From NCBI GenBank assembly GCA_964469295.1, contig CAYXYJ010000003.1, positions 12,595-76,594 on the forward strand: a stretch of DNA of 64,000 nt, in the 5' to 3' direction. Below the pieces are notes generated by a model that saw only the letters and a program-made list of their open reading frames with translations, did not search any database and was not told where the DNA came from. Both the position numbers and the translations under genes were made by a program. Below are positions 9,200 to 18,848 of this stretch, piece after piece (the first letter of the stretch is position 1; each line of letters starts with the position of its first letter). The DNA is from an uncultured Candidatus Saccharibacteria bacterium. GTDB lineage: Bacteria; Patescibacteriota; Minisyncoccia; Phycocordibacterales; UBA918.

Positions 9200-9368
9200 T
9201 GCGACCAGCGGTGGAAAGTTTCATAGTCTGCCTACTACTGAGTAGGCACTTGTAATTACCGACAGATGTGCTTTAATATACCCAGCGAAACAATTAACTC
9301 CTTGAGGCAAGGACAACGTTGATCAGGTGTAGTGATGTTTTGTTTTAAACAAAAAATAAATAAAAAAT

Positions 9369-9566
9369 ATGACAGGTACAATTGTACGCAAGACTGATAA
9401 GGGCTTTGGTTTTATTCAACCAGACGATGGTGGAAAGGATGTGTTCTTCCACGCACAAAACGTCGTTGACGGTCTCTTTGATGAATTGCAAGAGAAAGAA
9501 AAGGTGGCTTTTGATCTTGAAGAAGGTCCAAAAGGCCCAGCTGCTGTAAACGTTCGTCGTGCCTAA
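9369..9566 (+). CDS. Cold-shock protein (CspA family)
   Basis: KGFGFIQPDDGGKDVFFH carries RNP1/RNP2-like motifs; 65 aa. Confidence 0.85.
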   Translation: MTGTIVRKTDKGFGFIQPDDGGKDVFFHAQNVVDGLFDELQEKEKVAFDLEEGPKGPAAVNVRRA

Positions 9567-9582
9567 TACGCATAGCGTCTAG

Positions 9583-9623
9583 GAAAATCGCGGTGATGAC
9601 GACTGTCATCACCGCGATTTTCT
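9583..9623. terminator. Intrinsic terminator gaaaatcgcggtgatgac-gac-tgtcatcaccgcgattttc
   Basis: A perfect 18-bp palindrome immediately after the csp gene. Confidence 0.75.
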
Positions 9624-9719
9624 AAACCCCGCCGCGCCTTAACCAATCGTTAGGAGCATACAAACCTATGTAACGCTGTACCTGTACCGTCATAGAAAGG
9701 AATACGACGCCGGAAAAGG

Positions 9720-9747
9720 TTGCAATTTTGGCAGAATATGCTATAAT
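9720..9747 (+). promoter_or_regulatory. Sigma-70-like promoter TTGCAA-16nt-TATAAT upstream of rpsO
   Basis: ttgcaattttggcagaatatgctataat leaves a ~100-nt leader before rpsO. rpsO leaders are classically autoregulatory. Confidence 0.5.
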
Positions 9748-9847
9748 GGTAGGAACCTTCGCAGGTTACTATTTGATAGTTACTGTGCCAGCATTGTGAT
9801 ACGGTGCGGGTATCTACACAATAACTATCCTCAATACCATCAATTTT

Positions 9848-10114
9848 ATGTTAAGCAAACGCGTTAAAGAAAACGTTCTCAAACCAGTAAAACGTCACGA
9901 TACTGACACCGGATCACCAGAAGCACAAGTGGCTCTTTTGACTCGTCAGATTGAAGAGTTATCGACTCACCTTCGTAAACACAAAAAGGATTTTCACTCT
10001 CGTCGTGGATTGTTGCAATTGGTAGCAGATCGCCGCAAGCAACTAAAATACCTCGAACGAAAAAATGAGGCCACGTATACTGGACTCATTGAAAAACTCG
10101 GTTTGAAGCGCTAA
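9848..10114 (+). CDS. rpsO: 30S ribosomal protein S15
   Basis: [50 protein letters not shown] is the canonical S15 sequence. Confidence 0.92.
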   Translation: MLSKRVKENVLKPVKRHDTDTGSPEAQVALLTRQIEELSTHLRKHKKDFHSRRGLLQLVADRRKQLKYLERKNEATYTGLIEKLGLKR

Positions 10115-10214
10115 CAGTATTGCTCCATTTGGAGCAATTTGTTTTTTAAGCAAAAAAGCATATCATAAGCGAAGGAGTAGAATTTTTATACAAACACACT
10201 AGTTAATTTTATAT

Positions 10215-10799
10215 ATGGGAATCATTAGACATCCCGAGCAACGCGTTGCCGTGCTCATTGATACACAAAATTTGTATCACAGTGCCAAAAATTTATACAA
10301 ATCGAAAGTAAACTTCGGGGCTGTGGTGAAAGCAGCTGTCGGCGAACGAAAACTGATTCGCGCGTTATCATACGTCGTGAATACTGAAACCGGGGAAGAA
10401 GCGCCGTTTTTTGACGCCCTTGAGAAAGTAGGGATTGAAGTGAAGACGAAGGATTTACAGATATTTTTTGGTGGTGCTAAAAAAGCGGATTGGGACGTAG
10501 GCCTGGCCATTGACGCTATTAAGCTCGCTCAAAAAGTCGACGCTATTATTCTCGCTACCGGCGATGGCGACTTTGTGCCTTTAGTCGAATATGTAAAAAG
10601 CCAAGGATGCCAAGTGGAAGTTATTACTTTTGGTCGGTCAGCTTCGGGACGATTGCGTGATGTAGTGGATGATTTTATTGATCTTGACGAAAATCCACAC
10701 GAATTTTTGATTGGAGCAAAAATTCGTACTCGTGGCGGCGGAAATGGAAAACTTCGTAAACAAATTAAACAAATTGTTGGCACAGATACCGATGACTAA
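10215..10799 (+). CDS. NYN/LabA-like (PIN-related) domain protein
   Basis: RVAVLIDTQNLYH...ILATGDGDFVPLV is the NYN/LabA pattern. It is inserted between rpsO and pnp. Confidence 0.65.
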   Translation: MGIIRHPEQRVAVLIDTQNLYHSAKNLYKSKVNFGAVVKAAVGERKLIRALSYVVNTETGEEAPFFDALEKVGIEVKTKDLQIFFGGAKKADWDVGLAIDAIKLAQKVDAIILATGDGDFVPLVEYVKSQGCQVEVITFGRSASGRLRDVVDDFIDLDENPHEFLIGAKIRTRGGGNGKLRKQIKQIVGTDTDD

Positions 10800-10885
10800 A
10801 CGTGGGACACGGGTATCGTTATCTGTATTCTAGCAACTTCTATCCGCGGTGACTTGCCAGTTTGGGATGGTGGTTGCTATGCTAT

Positions 10886-10908
10886 GAGGGCGGCCTACGG
10901 CCGCCCTC
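10886..10908. terminator. GC-rich hairpin gagggcggcc-tac-ggccgccctc between the NYN gene and pnp
   Basis: A perfect 10-bp stem followed by T-rich sequence. It is one of a recurring family of gggcgg/ccgccc palindromes in this window. Confidence 0.5.
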
Positions 10909-11007
10909 TTCGCTATTATTTATTCACCCACAAGTGTCCGAGGTCGATAGGTTTCAACCATTTGAAATCTAAAACTTCGGACTCTTTGGTTTTACTTCAA
11001 AGTTTTC

Positions 11008-13128
11008 ATGATTACCGAACGTTACGAGATGTCATTTGCTGGGCGGCCGTTAATAATTGAATATACTGATCTCGCCCACCAAGCCAATGGTTCAGTAATG
11101 GTGCGGTATGGTGACACGGTCATTCTCGTGACTGCGGTGATGGGACATACAGTGCAGCCGGATTTACCGTTTTTTCCGCTGTCAGTAGAGTTTGAAGAAA
11201 AATTTTATGCCGCCGGGGCGATTCTAGGTAACCGGTTTCAACGACGGGAAGGGAAACCGAGTGATGAAGCCATTTTAAGTGCCAGAATAGTTGACCGTAC
11301 CATCAGACCATTATTTGACCACCGACTACGTCGTGACGTGCAAATCGTAGTGAGCGTCCTGGCTATCGGTGACGATGATCCAGATATTTTAGCAGTCATC
11401 GGCACGTCATTGGCTCTCGCCAGCTCCAATATCCCTTGGAATGGGCCAGTGGGGGCAGTGCGGATTGCTAAACGCAAAGATACTGGTGCGTTATTGCTCA
11501 ACCCAACCTATACCGAACGGAATGCTGGTCCTTTTGAATTTGAAGTGTTGTCTTGCGGAAAAGGGGGTACTATTAATATGATTGAAACCGCCGCCTACGA
11601 AGTAAGTGAGGACGATATTGTCACTGTTCTTGAAGCAGCGATGACTCTCCACCATGACCTCGTATCATTTCAAAACGAAATCCTGGCCCAACGAACACTC
11701 CCAGTCAAATATGTCATTCCCGCATCACTGCCGCATAATGAAATGGAAACGTTATTCCGTGATACGTTTGCTACCAAATTGGGCGCCACACTGTTCTCTA
11801 ATCAACCCGGGAAACGACACCTCCATACCCTAAAAGATGAGTGGGTTGCCGCCACAGAAGCATTGCCAGATGCCCCAAGTAGCCGAGTAGCCGAAGTGTT
11901 TTTTGAAGAGATGATTAATGATGCCATTCATGTTGGAGCGATTGAATTTGGGAAACGTGCTGATGGTCGAGAGCTTGACGAAGTCAGACCTCTCTATGCA
12001 CAAGCGGGAGGTATTTCGCCAGTCCTTCATGGTTCAGGCATTTTTTATCGTGGTGATACTCATATATTAACCGCACTAACGCTGGGTGGGCCTGGCGACG
12101 CGCAAATCATCGATACCATTGAAGACCGATCATCAAGCAAACGGTTTATGCACCACTATAACTTTCCGCCGTTTTCAGTGGGAGAAACCGGTCGTGTTGG
12201 GGGATTTAACCGACGAATGATCGGACACGGTGCTCTCGCAGAAAAAGCCTTAGTGCCAGTGATTCCCGACCAAGCGACGTTTCCGTACACCATTCGACTC
12301 GTATCTGAAACCATGGCCAGTAACGGATCAAGTTCAATGGGGTCAGTGTGTGGCAGTACTCTGGCGCTCATGGATGGCGGTGTGCCCATTACTCGACCGG
12401 TGGCTGGCATTGCTTCGGGAGTCATGATTGACGGTGATCGGTACGCGTTGTTAACAGATATCCAAGGCCCAGAGGACGAACATGGTGATATGGATTTTAA
12501 AGTGGCCGGTACTCGCGTCGGTATTACCGCCATCCAGATGGATGTAAAAGTAGGCGGTATTTCTTTACCCATCCTAACGGGGGCATTAGAAAAAGCCCGC
12601 CTCGCACGACTCCATATTCTTGATACCATTGAAGCCACCATTGCAAAGCCACGCCCACACCTTTCACCCCGGGCGCCGGAAATTATTTCACTAACGATTG
12701 CTCCCGAACAAATTGGGTTAGTCATCGGCAGTGGTGGCAAAACTATTAATAAAATCAAAGACGATAGCGGTGTTGAAGATATTTCTATTGAAGATTCTGG
12801 AATCGTATTCATCACCGGAAAAAACGGCAGTGCCAGTGTCGCCGCCAACCATATTCGTGCGCTCACCAGAGTGTATACCGTAGGCGAAGAAGTCACCGGC
12901 CCCGTTACACGACTAGCCACCTTTGGTGCTTTTATAAAAATTGACGACCGCAACGAGGGATTGGTTCATATTTCGGAAATCGCCCCAATTCGCCTCGATA
13001 CAGTTGAACGGGTGTTGACCATTGGTGAAACTGTCCGCGCGGTTGTCGTCAAAGTAGAAGATGGAAAAATTGGACTATCGATTAAAAAAATTGATCCTGA
13101 CTTCGCCAAACGTAAGGGGATTGAATAA
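11008..13128 (+). CDS. pnp: Polyribonucleotide nucleotidyltransferase (PNPase)
   Basis: 706 aa with two RNase PH domains and C-terminal KH and S1 domains (ISLTIAPEQIGLVIGSGGKTI..., EEVTGPVTRLATFGAFIKI). It follows rpsO in the classic arrangement. The true start may be the internal Met at 11029. Confidence 0.95.
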   Translation: MITERYEMSFAGRPLIIEYTDLAHQANGSVMVRYGDTVILVTAVMGHTVQPDLPFFPLSVEFEEKFYAAGAILGNRFQRREGKPSDEAILSARIVDRTIRPLFDHRLRRDVQIVVSVLAIGDDDPDILAVIGTSLALASSNIPWNGPVGAVRIAKRKDTGALLLNPTYTERNAGPFEFEVLSCGKGGTINMIETAAYEVSEDDIVTVLEAAMTLHHDLVSFQNEILAQRTLPVKYVIPASLPHNEMETLFRDTFATKLGATLFSNQPGKRHLHTLKDEWVAATEALPDAPSSRVAEVFFEEMINDAIHVGAIEFGKRADGRELDEVRPLYAQAGGISPVLHGSGIFYRGDTHILTALTLGGPGDAQIIDTIEDRSSSKRFMHHYNFPPFSVGETGRVGGFNRRMIGHGALAEKALVPVIPDQATFPYTIRLVSETMASNGSSSMGSVCGSTLALMDGGVPITRPVAGIASGVMIDGDRYALLTDIQGPEDEHGDMDFKVAGTRVGITAIQMDVKVGGISLPILTGALEKARLARLHILDTIEATIAKPRPHLSPRAPEIISLTIAPEQIGLVIGSGGKTINKIKDDSGVEDISIEDSGIVFITGKNGSASVAANHIRALTRVYTVGEEVTGPVTRLATFGAFIKIDDRNEGLVHISEIAPIRLDTVERVLTIGETVRAVVVKVEDGKIGLSIKKIDPDFAKRKGIE

Positions 13129-13145
13129 TTATTAGTGAAAAAGCT

Positions 13146-13169
13146 AATCAGCGATACTAATCGCTGATT
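13146..13169. terminator. Hairpin aatcagcgat-act-aatcgctgatt after pnp
   Basis: A perfect 10-bp stem followed by TATTTT. Confidence 0.6.
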
Positions 13170-13227
13170 ATTTTAAACGTGAAAAACTCACTGCTATTGT
13201 GGTATCGGCATGCGATACTAATAGCAA

Positions 13228-15501
13228 ATGGCGCGTTCATCATCATCGTCAGTTCTTTCGCCCGTGCGAACCTATGCGCACGATCTTGATGATGCCCGAG
13301 AAAAGCGGAGAGTACCGAAAACGGCGACCACTAACAGTAATATCAAATCAGCGACAGCATCTCCGGTTGTATTGGTACATCACCATAGCGACAATGCTTC
13401 AGTAACACCAATAACCACTACACCATCTTTATCCACGACTGCACAACCAACCAAAACCGTTACAGCAACCGCAATCAAGTCCGCCGCGAGCGAAAAGCAG
13501 CCGTCATCATACGCTGACACAACTACCCCAAAACACCCAGCCGAAAAACCACTTCCCGATACACCAGTACTATTAACAGCCACCAATAGTCGTGATACTA
13601 GTTACGAAGCGACTATTATTACTGATGCTAAACATAAACGATTTCGCTTGTTCCCGGCTATTGCCGAAGCGACAACCAATTGGTGGCAAGATAAACAACA
13701 ACAAAAACGTGACAAAAATAAACCAACGTACACTGTTCCTAGTGTGGAACACCGTAAAGGTATCGTCGAAAAAGCCACATCCGTTACCGCCCGGGGCACC
13801 ACCCAAGATCACGCGGCGATTGTTGCCAGATTAAAGACCGAAAAAGAAGAGCGACTGAAATCTGGAGCAGGAGTACCGCCGCCTCAAGCAGTCAGTAAAC
13901 CACTTCCGACTCCCACCTGGGATACTGATACCGCTATTTCAAAAGTGGTAGCGACGGGAATAGATCCAGTTCATTCGTTATCGCTTGATACAGCAACTGC
14001 ATCTGATGTTACCCCGATAAACGTTGTAAAAGAAACGGCCCCAAACACCACAGCAACGGAAAACAATCACCGTGACACGACAACAACAAACAGCCCAACG
14101 ACAATGCCGGACACAGATACAACCAGAACGACAAACACAAACATCTCGCCAACCGCACCCGTAACAAAAAAACCAGCAACCCCTGACAGGGTCCCAACTA
14201 TACTTTCTCAATCCACGAATGAACCGGAATCGATGACATCCCCGACGCCAACAATAGACAACGAGGGAACAAAGGTGACGACGACAACCACAGTTGACAT
14301 CACACCATCAGCAACGGCAATACCCATCTCGAATGTCGTGGTTGTTCCACGAATAAAGCCAAAAATTCCTCAGCTTGCTACTAGGGCTTTTACTCATGAA
14401 GAAGATGCGGAATCTGACAATGAATCATTAGATACGGCTGTTATTGAATCAACCGGTGTGATTACTGAACATGAAGATTCAGTCATTCCTTTGGCCTCAG
14501 ACGCTACCGATGCTGTCTTTGACGCCACTGAGGAAGAACTACCAACAGGAATCACTATCACTCCAATAAAAATCAAAGACCGGATTGTACCAATGATTCC
14601 AACTCCTTATGATGTACCGACTCCGCCAGCAACACCGATGTCAGTTACAGAGAACGTCATCGCTACTCCTGCCCCGCGCACCGTTGAAGACATTGCGCCA
14701 ACATTGTCTCCAAGCGTTACCGCCGTAAAAGACGCAGTTTCAGCTCGGAAAGAAGTTTTGCGCGAACAGGCGATTACTACCGCATCGTTACCAGCCAAAC
14801 GCCGATTGACCTTGCCAGTAATAGCACCGTATCTCGTTGCCGGAATATTTATTCTTATTACTGTTGGTACCATTAGTTATTTTGTTGTGACGAGCACTGC
14901 GACTATTAATGAAACCGTACCGCCAACCAACGGAACCACCTTGCCAACCACCCCAATCACGACTGGTAGCAACACCTCACTGCCACAATCGGCCGTATCA
15001 GCGCGGCTGGCGACAATGAGTCGCAGTGCTTTGTACACCGCGTTAACTATTGGCACCGAAACTGAATCATTTATCACGGTGACACCACTTCATCCCAATA
15101 CCGGATTACCGTTAACTACCCGTGAAATCCTCAATATTATCAACCGTCAATTACCTGCCGATTTTATTGGTGAAACCACGTCGTTGATTACAGGATCATA
15201 TCGTGGCGCCCCTGTCATCGTAATTATTACGAACAATTATGATGTCGCCAAAGGGAGTATGTATGGGTGGGAAGATACCCTGAGCAGTGATTTAGCACCG
15301 TGGTTTGGACCAACCATTCGTTCCCTCGCTACATCGAGTCAACCAGTCGGTTTTACTGATTCGAGCTACAACCAATACGATATTCGAACACTAACTAATG
15401 GGGTCAATCAATTGCTGTACACCGTGACGATGCGGGGTACGATTATTATCACCACCACCGACATGGCATTATCCAATCTATTAAGTTCGTACGGTAATTA
15501 A
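13228..15501 (+). CDS. Large Thr/Pro-rich low-complexity protein with one TM helix (hypothetical surface protein)
   Basis: 757 aa. Long T/P/A-rich repetitive stretches are followed by the TM segment LPVIAPYLVAGIFILITVGTISYFVV and a ~200-aa C-terminal domain. All overlapping ORFs in the track are its alternative frames. Confidence 0.5.
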   Translation: MARSSSSSVLSPVRTYAHDLDDAREKRRVPKTATTNSNIKSATASPVVLVHHHSDNASVTPITTTPSLSTTAQPTKTVTATAIKSAASEKQPSSYADTTTPKHPAEKPLPDTPVLLTATNSRDTSYEATIITDAKHKRFRLFPAIAEATTNWWQDKQQQKRDKNKPTYTVPSVEHRKGIVEKATSVTARGTTQDHAAIVARLKTEKEERLKSGAGVPPPQAVSKPLPTPTWDTDTAISKVVATGIDPVHSLSLDTATASDVTPINVVKETAPNTTATENNHRDTTTTNSPTTMPDTDTTRTTNTNISPTAPVTKKPATPDRVPTILSQSTNEPESMTSPTPTIDNEGTKVTTTTTVDITPSATAIPISNVVVVPRIKPKIPQLATRAFTHEEDAESDNESLDTAVIESTGVITEHEDSVIPLASDATDAVFDATEEELPTGITITPIKIKDRIVPMIPTPYDVPTPPATPMSVTENVIATPAPRTVEDIAPTLSPSVTAVKDAVSARKEVLREQAITTASLPAKRRLTLPVIAPYLVAGIFILITVGTISYFVVTSTATINETVPPTNGTTLPTTPITTGSNTSLPQSAVSARLATMSRSALYTALTIGTETESFITVTPLHPNTGLPLTTREILNIINRQLPADFIGETTSLITGSYRGAPVIVIITNNYDVAKGSMYGWEDTLSSDLAPWFGPTIRSLATSSQPVGFTDSSYNQYDIRTLTNGVNQLLYTVTMRGTIIITTTDMALSNLLSSYGN

Positions 15502-15533
15502 CATTTGACTAAGCGTGTTATACTGAAAGGTAT

Positions 15534-15914
15534 ATGACACCAGAGATATTGGCGAAACAATCAACAGCATTAGTGACTGAACGTGATGCCTTGATGCGAG
15601 ATTTGCTCGACATTGCGACATACAATGCCGAAACCGGTGATTTTGAACCATTACCAGCTACGGATAATGTTGACGATAGCGATGAAGCTGATCTTGGTGA
15701 TGGTTATGAAGAAACCGCCGAGCACATTGCCACCTTGGCCTTACTCGAAACCAGATATCGTAATGTTGTGCGGGCGTTAGAAAAAATCGATCACGGTACT
15801 TATGGAATATGTGAAATCAGTGGGGGACCCATCGAACCAGAACGTCTCCAAGCCAATCCGGCCGCCCGAACGTGTCTCGCTCACCTTGAGGACGAAGCTG
15901 ATTTGCCGTTATAA
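15534..15914 (+). CDS. DksA/TraR-family regulator-like protein (degenerate zinc finger)
   Basis: A coiled-coil N-terminus is followed by GICEISGGPIEPERLQANPAARTCLAH, resembling the DksA C-terminus with only two Cys retained. Confidence 0.5.
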   Translation: MTPEILAKQSTALVTERDALMRDLLDIATYNAETGDFEPLPATDNVDDSDEADLGDGYEETAEHIATLALLETRYRNVVRALEKIDHGTYGICEISGGPIEPERLQANPAARTCLAHLEDEADLPL

Positions 15915-15926
15915 TATTTTTCTACT

Positions 15927-17447
15927 ATGTCCATAGCGACAGTACACACCATTCAGCCAACGGTTATGGGTGGTACGGTCATTACCGTTGAGGCGGACAT
16001 CACGCGCGGGTTACATTCGTTTACCGTCGTCGGTTTGGCTGGCAAAGCGATTGAAGAAGCCAAAGATCGCGTCAGTAGCGCTATTAAGCAAAGTGGGTTT
16101 CCAGCACCAAAAACCCAAAATCACAAAATTGTTATCTCACTATCGCCCGCTGATCTGAAAAAAGAAGGGCCGTTATTTGATGTACCGCTGGCGTTGGCGT
16201 ATTTGATTGCAAGCGATGCCATTACCGTAACAACCGCCGAACAAATTATTACCGTCGGGGAATTAGGCCTTGATGGTAGTATTCGTCCCGTAAAAGGAGT
16301 ACTGAATGTGATTATTGCCGCCAAAGCTGCTGGCGCCTTTGCTGTCATTGTACCCGCCCTCAATCTTGCCGAAGCATCATGTATTGATGGTATTACCATT
16401 TATGGTGCCAACACTCTGACTGAAGTCATTGCGCATTTAACCGCCACCGCAGACAAACCTTCACCATTAACTCCCGCCACCCTCACGGATCTCAATCCTC
16501 ATTGGAATACCGCCGCCGTAAACCTCGAGGATGTAAAAGGACAAGAAAGTGCCAAACGAGCACTCATCATTGCAGCCGCTGGTAGACATAATGTTATCTT
16601 AGTCGGACCGCCCGGAACCGGTAAAACAATGCTTGCCCGTTGCTTTCAAGGATTATTACCACCCTTATCTCGATCGGAGGCGCTCGAAGTGGGTATGATT
16701 CGATCAATTGCGGGTGAAACGATGGATATTGTTAGTACCAAACCACCATTTCGCGCACCTCACCACACCGCCTCGTACACCGCTCTCGTTGGTGGCGGGA
16801 CTCATCCTCGACCGGGTGAAGTCACCCTCGCACATAAAGGGGTCTTATTTATGGATGAGTTTCCCGAATTCGACCGGCGGGCGCTTGATGCATTGCGACA
16901 ACCACTGGAAGATCGAGTCGTCAGTATTGCCCGGATACAGGGAACAATGGTGTTTCCGGCTGATGTGATTTTGGTAGCGGCGATGAATCCTTATCGCGGA
17001 GTTGAAGATGGTACTGTTGATTTAGCTCGGGCCATGACCGAAACGTACCGCGGTAAAATTTCTGGACCAATACTCGATCGAATTGATTTGTGGATTGAAG
17101 TCCCACACGTCCCCTACGAAACCCTGGCTCAAATCCGAACCGCCGTCAACGAAACCGCCGATGCCCGTGAGCTCATTACCCACGCTCGTGAACGACAATC
17201 ACATCGTCTTCGGGGTCGCGGAATTACCACTAACGCCAGTATGACCAGTCGTGACATTGAGGAAACAGTACCATTATCTCCCGACGTCACTGCATTGTTA
17301 GAAACATCAGCCAAAAGATTAAACTTATCGCCACGCAGCTACCATCGATTAATTAAAGTCGCTCGGACAATTGCTGACCTCGATACCGCTGACACCATTA
17401 CCACCGCACATTTACTTGAAGCGTTACAATACCGTATTAAACTATAA
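15927..17447 (+). CDS. comM: YifB/ComM-family Mg-chelatase-like AAA+ ATPase
   Basis: Lon-like N-domain; Walker A GPPGTGKTMLA; Walker B VLFMDEFPEF; 506 aa. Confidence 0.85.
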   Translation: MSIATVHTIQPTVMGGTVITVEADITRGLHSFTVVGLAGKAIEEAKDRVSSAIKQSGFPAPKTQNHKIVISLSPADLKKEGPLFDVPLALAYLIASDAITVTTAEQIITVGELGLDGSIRPVKGVLNVIIAAKAAGAFAVIVPALNLAEASCIDGITIYGANTLTEVIAHLTATADKPSPLTPATLTDLNPHWNTAAVNLEDVKGQESAKRALIIAAAGRHNVILVGPPGTGKTMLARCFQGLLPPLSRSEALEVGMIRSIAGETMDIVSTKPPFRAPHHTASYTALVGGGTHPRPGEVTLAHKGVLFMDEFPEFDRRALDALRQPLEDRVVSIARIQGTMVFPADVILVAAMNPYRGVEDGTVDLARAMTETYRGKISGPILDRIDLWIEVPHVPYETLAQIRTAVNETADARELITHARERQSHRLRGRGITTNASMTSRDIEETVPLSPDVTALLETSAKRLNLSPRSYHRLIKVARTIADLDTADTITTAHLLEALQYRIKL

Positions 17448-17480
17448 ATCCGTTCCATACATGGAACGGATTTATAGTTG
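17445..17480. terminator. Bidirectional terminator ctataaatccgttccat-acatggaacggatttatag
   Basis: A perfect palindrome between convergent comM and the M23 peptidase gene. Confidence 0.7.
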
Positions 17481-17509
17481 TGTCGCAAACAATCGCAAAC
17501 AATTACTCA

Positions 17510-18613
17510 TTAAAAAGGATTTTTAGCGCCACGCACTTCAAAGTGTAGGTGGGGGCCAGTTGATTTGCCCGTATTACCCGAAGCACCAATTACTTCACCA
17601 GCCGTTACATAATCACCAACTCCAACAGTATTTGCTGACAGGTGAGCATAAAGTGACTGTGTGCCGTTAGCATGTTTGATTACAATGTATTGTCCATACC
17701 CACCGTTCCAGCCCGAACTTTTCGATACAATTACTTCACCGGCGGCCGCCGCGCGAACTGACGTTCCAATAGAAACTCCAAAGTCAACCGCATTATAGCC
17801 ATGGATACCCTGAGTCTTAATCGCTCCCGGCACTGGATGAGAGAAGCCGGTAGTGGTTTTGTTACTACCAACACTAGCGGTGACTTTTGCTGGTACCGCC
17901 GTATGCAGTGCACCACCCGGAATTACCAATGTCATACCAACCGTTAAATCACTTTCATTGGTTAATTGGTTGAAACTAAGAATTTCTTCTTTTTTGCCAT
18001 CATATTTCTTGGCAATTGAATCAATGGTGTCACCAGACTTCACCACATGCCGCACTCCTTCAACCGGTAATATAATCAAGGTCTGTCCTGGCTTTATCGC
18101 TTTAGCACTCGCTAAATCGTTCGCCCATAAAATAGTATTGGTGGTCACATCAAACATTTCCGCGATCATCGATAATGAATCTCCATCACGAACTGTGTAG
18201 ACACTAATTTCACCATTATTGCGGTTACTGCTCATTTCGTCTTTTCCTACCGGACCAGTAGCCACCAACGCTCCATCAGTGGCTAAAATGTCCGCTCCAC
18301 CACGAGCATTATTCGGATCAGCATTAACGGCGGCCGTTAACACGGGTGTATCTAACACCAAATCAGTCTTGATAACTTCTGGAAAAGCCACCGCATCAGT
18401 AGTCGTTTCATTAAACAAAGAAAAAACCCCAGCATGTACCGATAATGGAATCACCACGGCGATTAGACCAAGGATACATTCTATAACAATAGAAGCTGAC
18501 TGTGGGGCCTTGTGGTATGTCTGTACAATCGAACGAACGGAAAGACCGGTCGGTACATCATGGGGTTGAGGTTGAATAGAGGTTCTTTTATGGACACGCC
18601 GCACTGCTGTCAT
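17510..18613 (-). CDS. LysM-domain M23-family peptidoglycan metalloendopeptidase
   Basis: Two LysM repeats (YTVRDGDSLSMIAEMF..., HVVKSGDTIDSIAKKY...) plus an M23 core (HGYNAVDF...GNTGKSTGPHLHFEVR). N-terminal TM anchor. Confidence 0.85.
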   Translation of the reverse strand: MTAVRRVHKRTSIQPQPHDVPTGLSVRSIVQTYHKAPQSASIVIECILGLIAVVIPLSVHAGVFSLFNETTTDAVAFPEVIKTDLVLDTPVLTAAVNADPNNARGGADILATDGALVATGPVGKDEMSSNRNNGEISVYTVRDGDSLSMIAEMFDVTTNTILWANDLASAKAIKPGQTLIILPVEGVRHVVKSGDTIDSIAKKYDGKKEEILSFNQLTNESDLTVGMTLVIPGGALHTAVPAKVTASVGSNKTTTGFSHPVPGAIKTQGIHGYNAVDFGVSIGTSVRAAAAGEVIVSKSSGWNGGYGQYIVIKHANGTQSLYAHLSANTVGVGDYVTAGEVIGASGNTGKSTGPHLHFEVRGAKNPF

Positions 18614-18848
18614 TACGGTAAAAAACGGAAGCGAGATATTGCTATCTCGCGAATCATCAACGAACGATGATTGGTGACCATAATTGTACTAAGCAACAAG
18701 AGAAGGACAATTGACGAATGTGAATTTTTGCGGTGTCAGTACTGAATGGGTGATTGGAGCTTAATTTGAAAGTTATAATTACTATTGACTTGTTCCAAAA
18801 AAATGTGTTGTAGTTTAATTATGGTCATCCCCAAGGCATTTTTTACGG

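Noticed and set aside
12156-12953. 265-aa minus-strand ORF inside pnp
   Set aside because: It lies antisense to a confidently identified PNPase coding region. The product is low-complexity, Ser/Pro/Arg-rich, and has no start context. It is an open-frame artefact of the sense gene.
13380-14211. Several Cys/Val-rich minus-strand ORFs (for example 13978..14211) inside the Thr/Pro-rich gene
   Set aside because: They are antisense to a long low-complexity coding region. Compositional bias keeps alternative frames open. No independent gene features are present.
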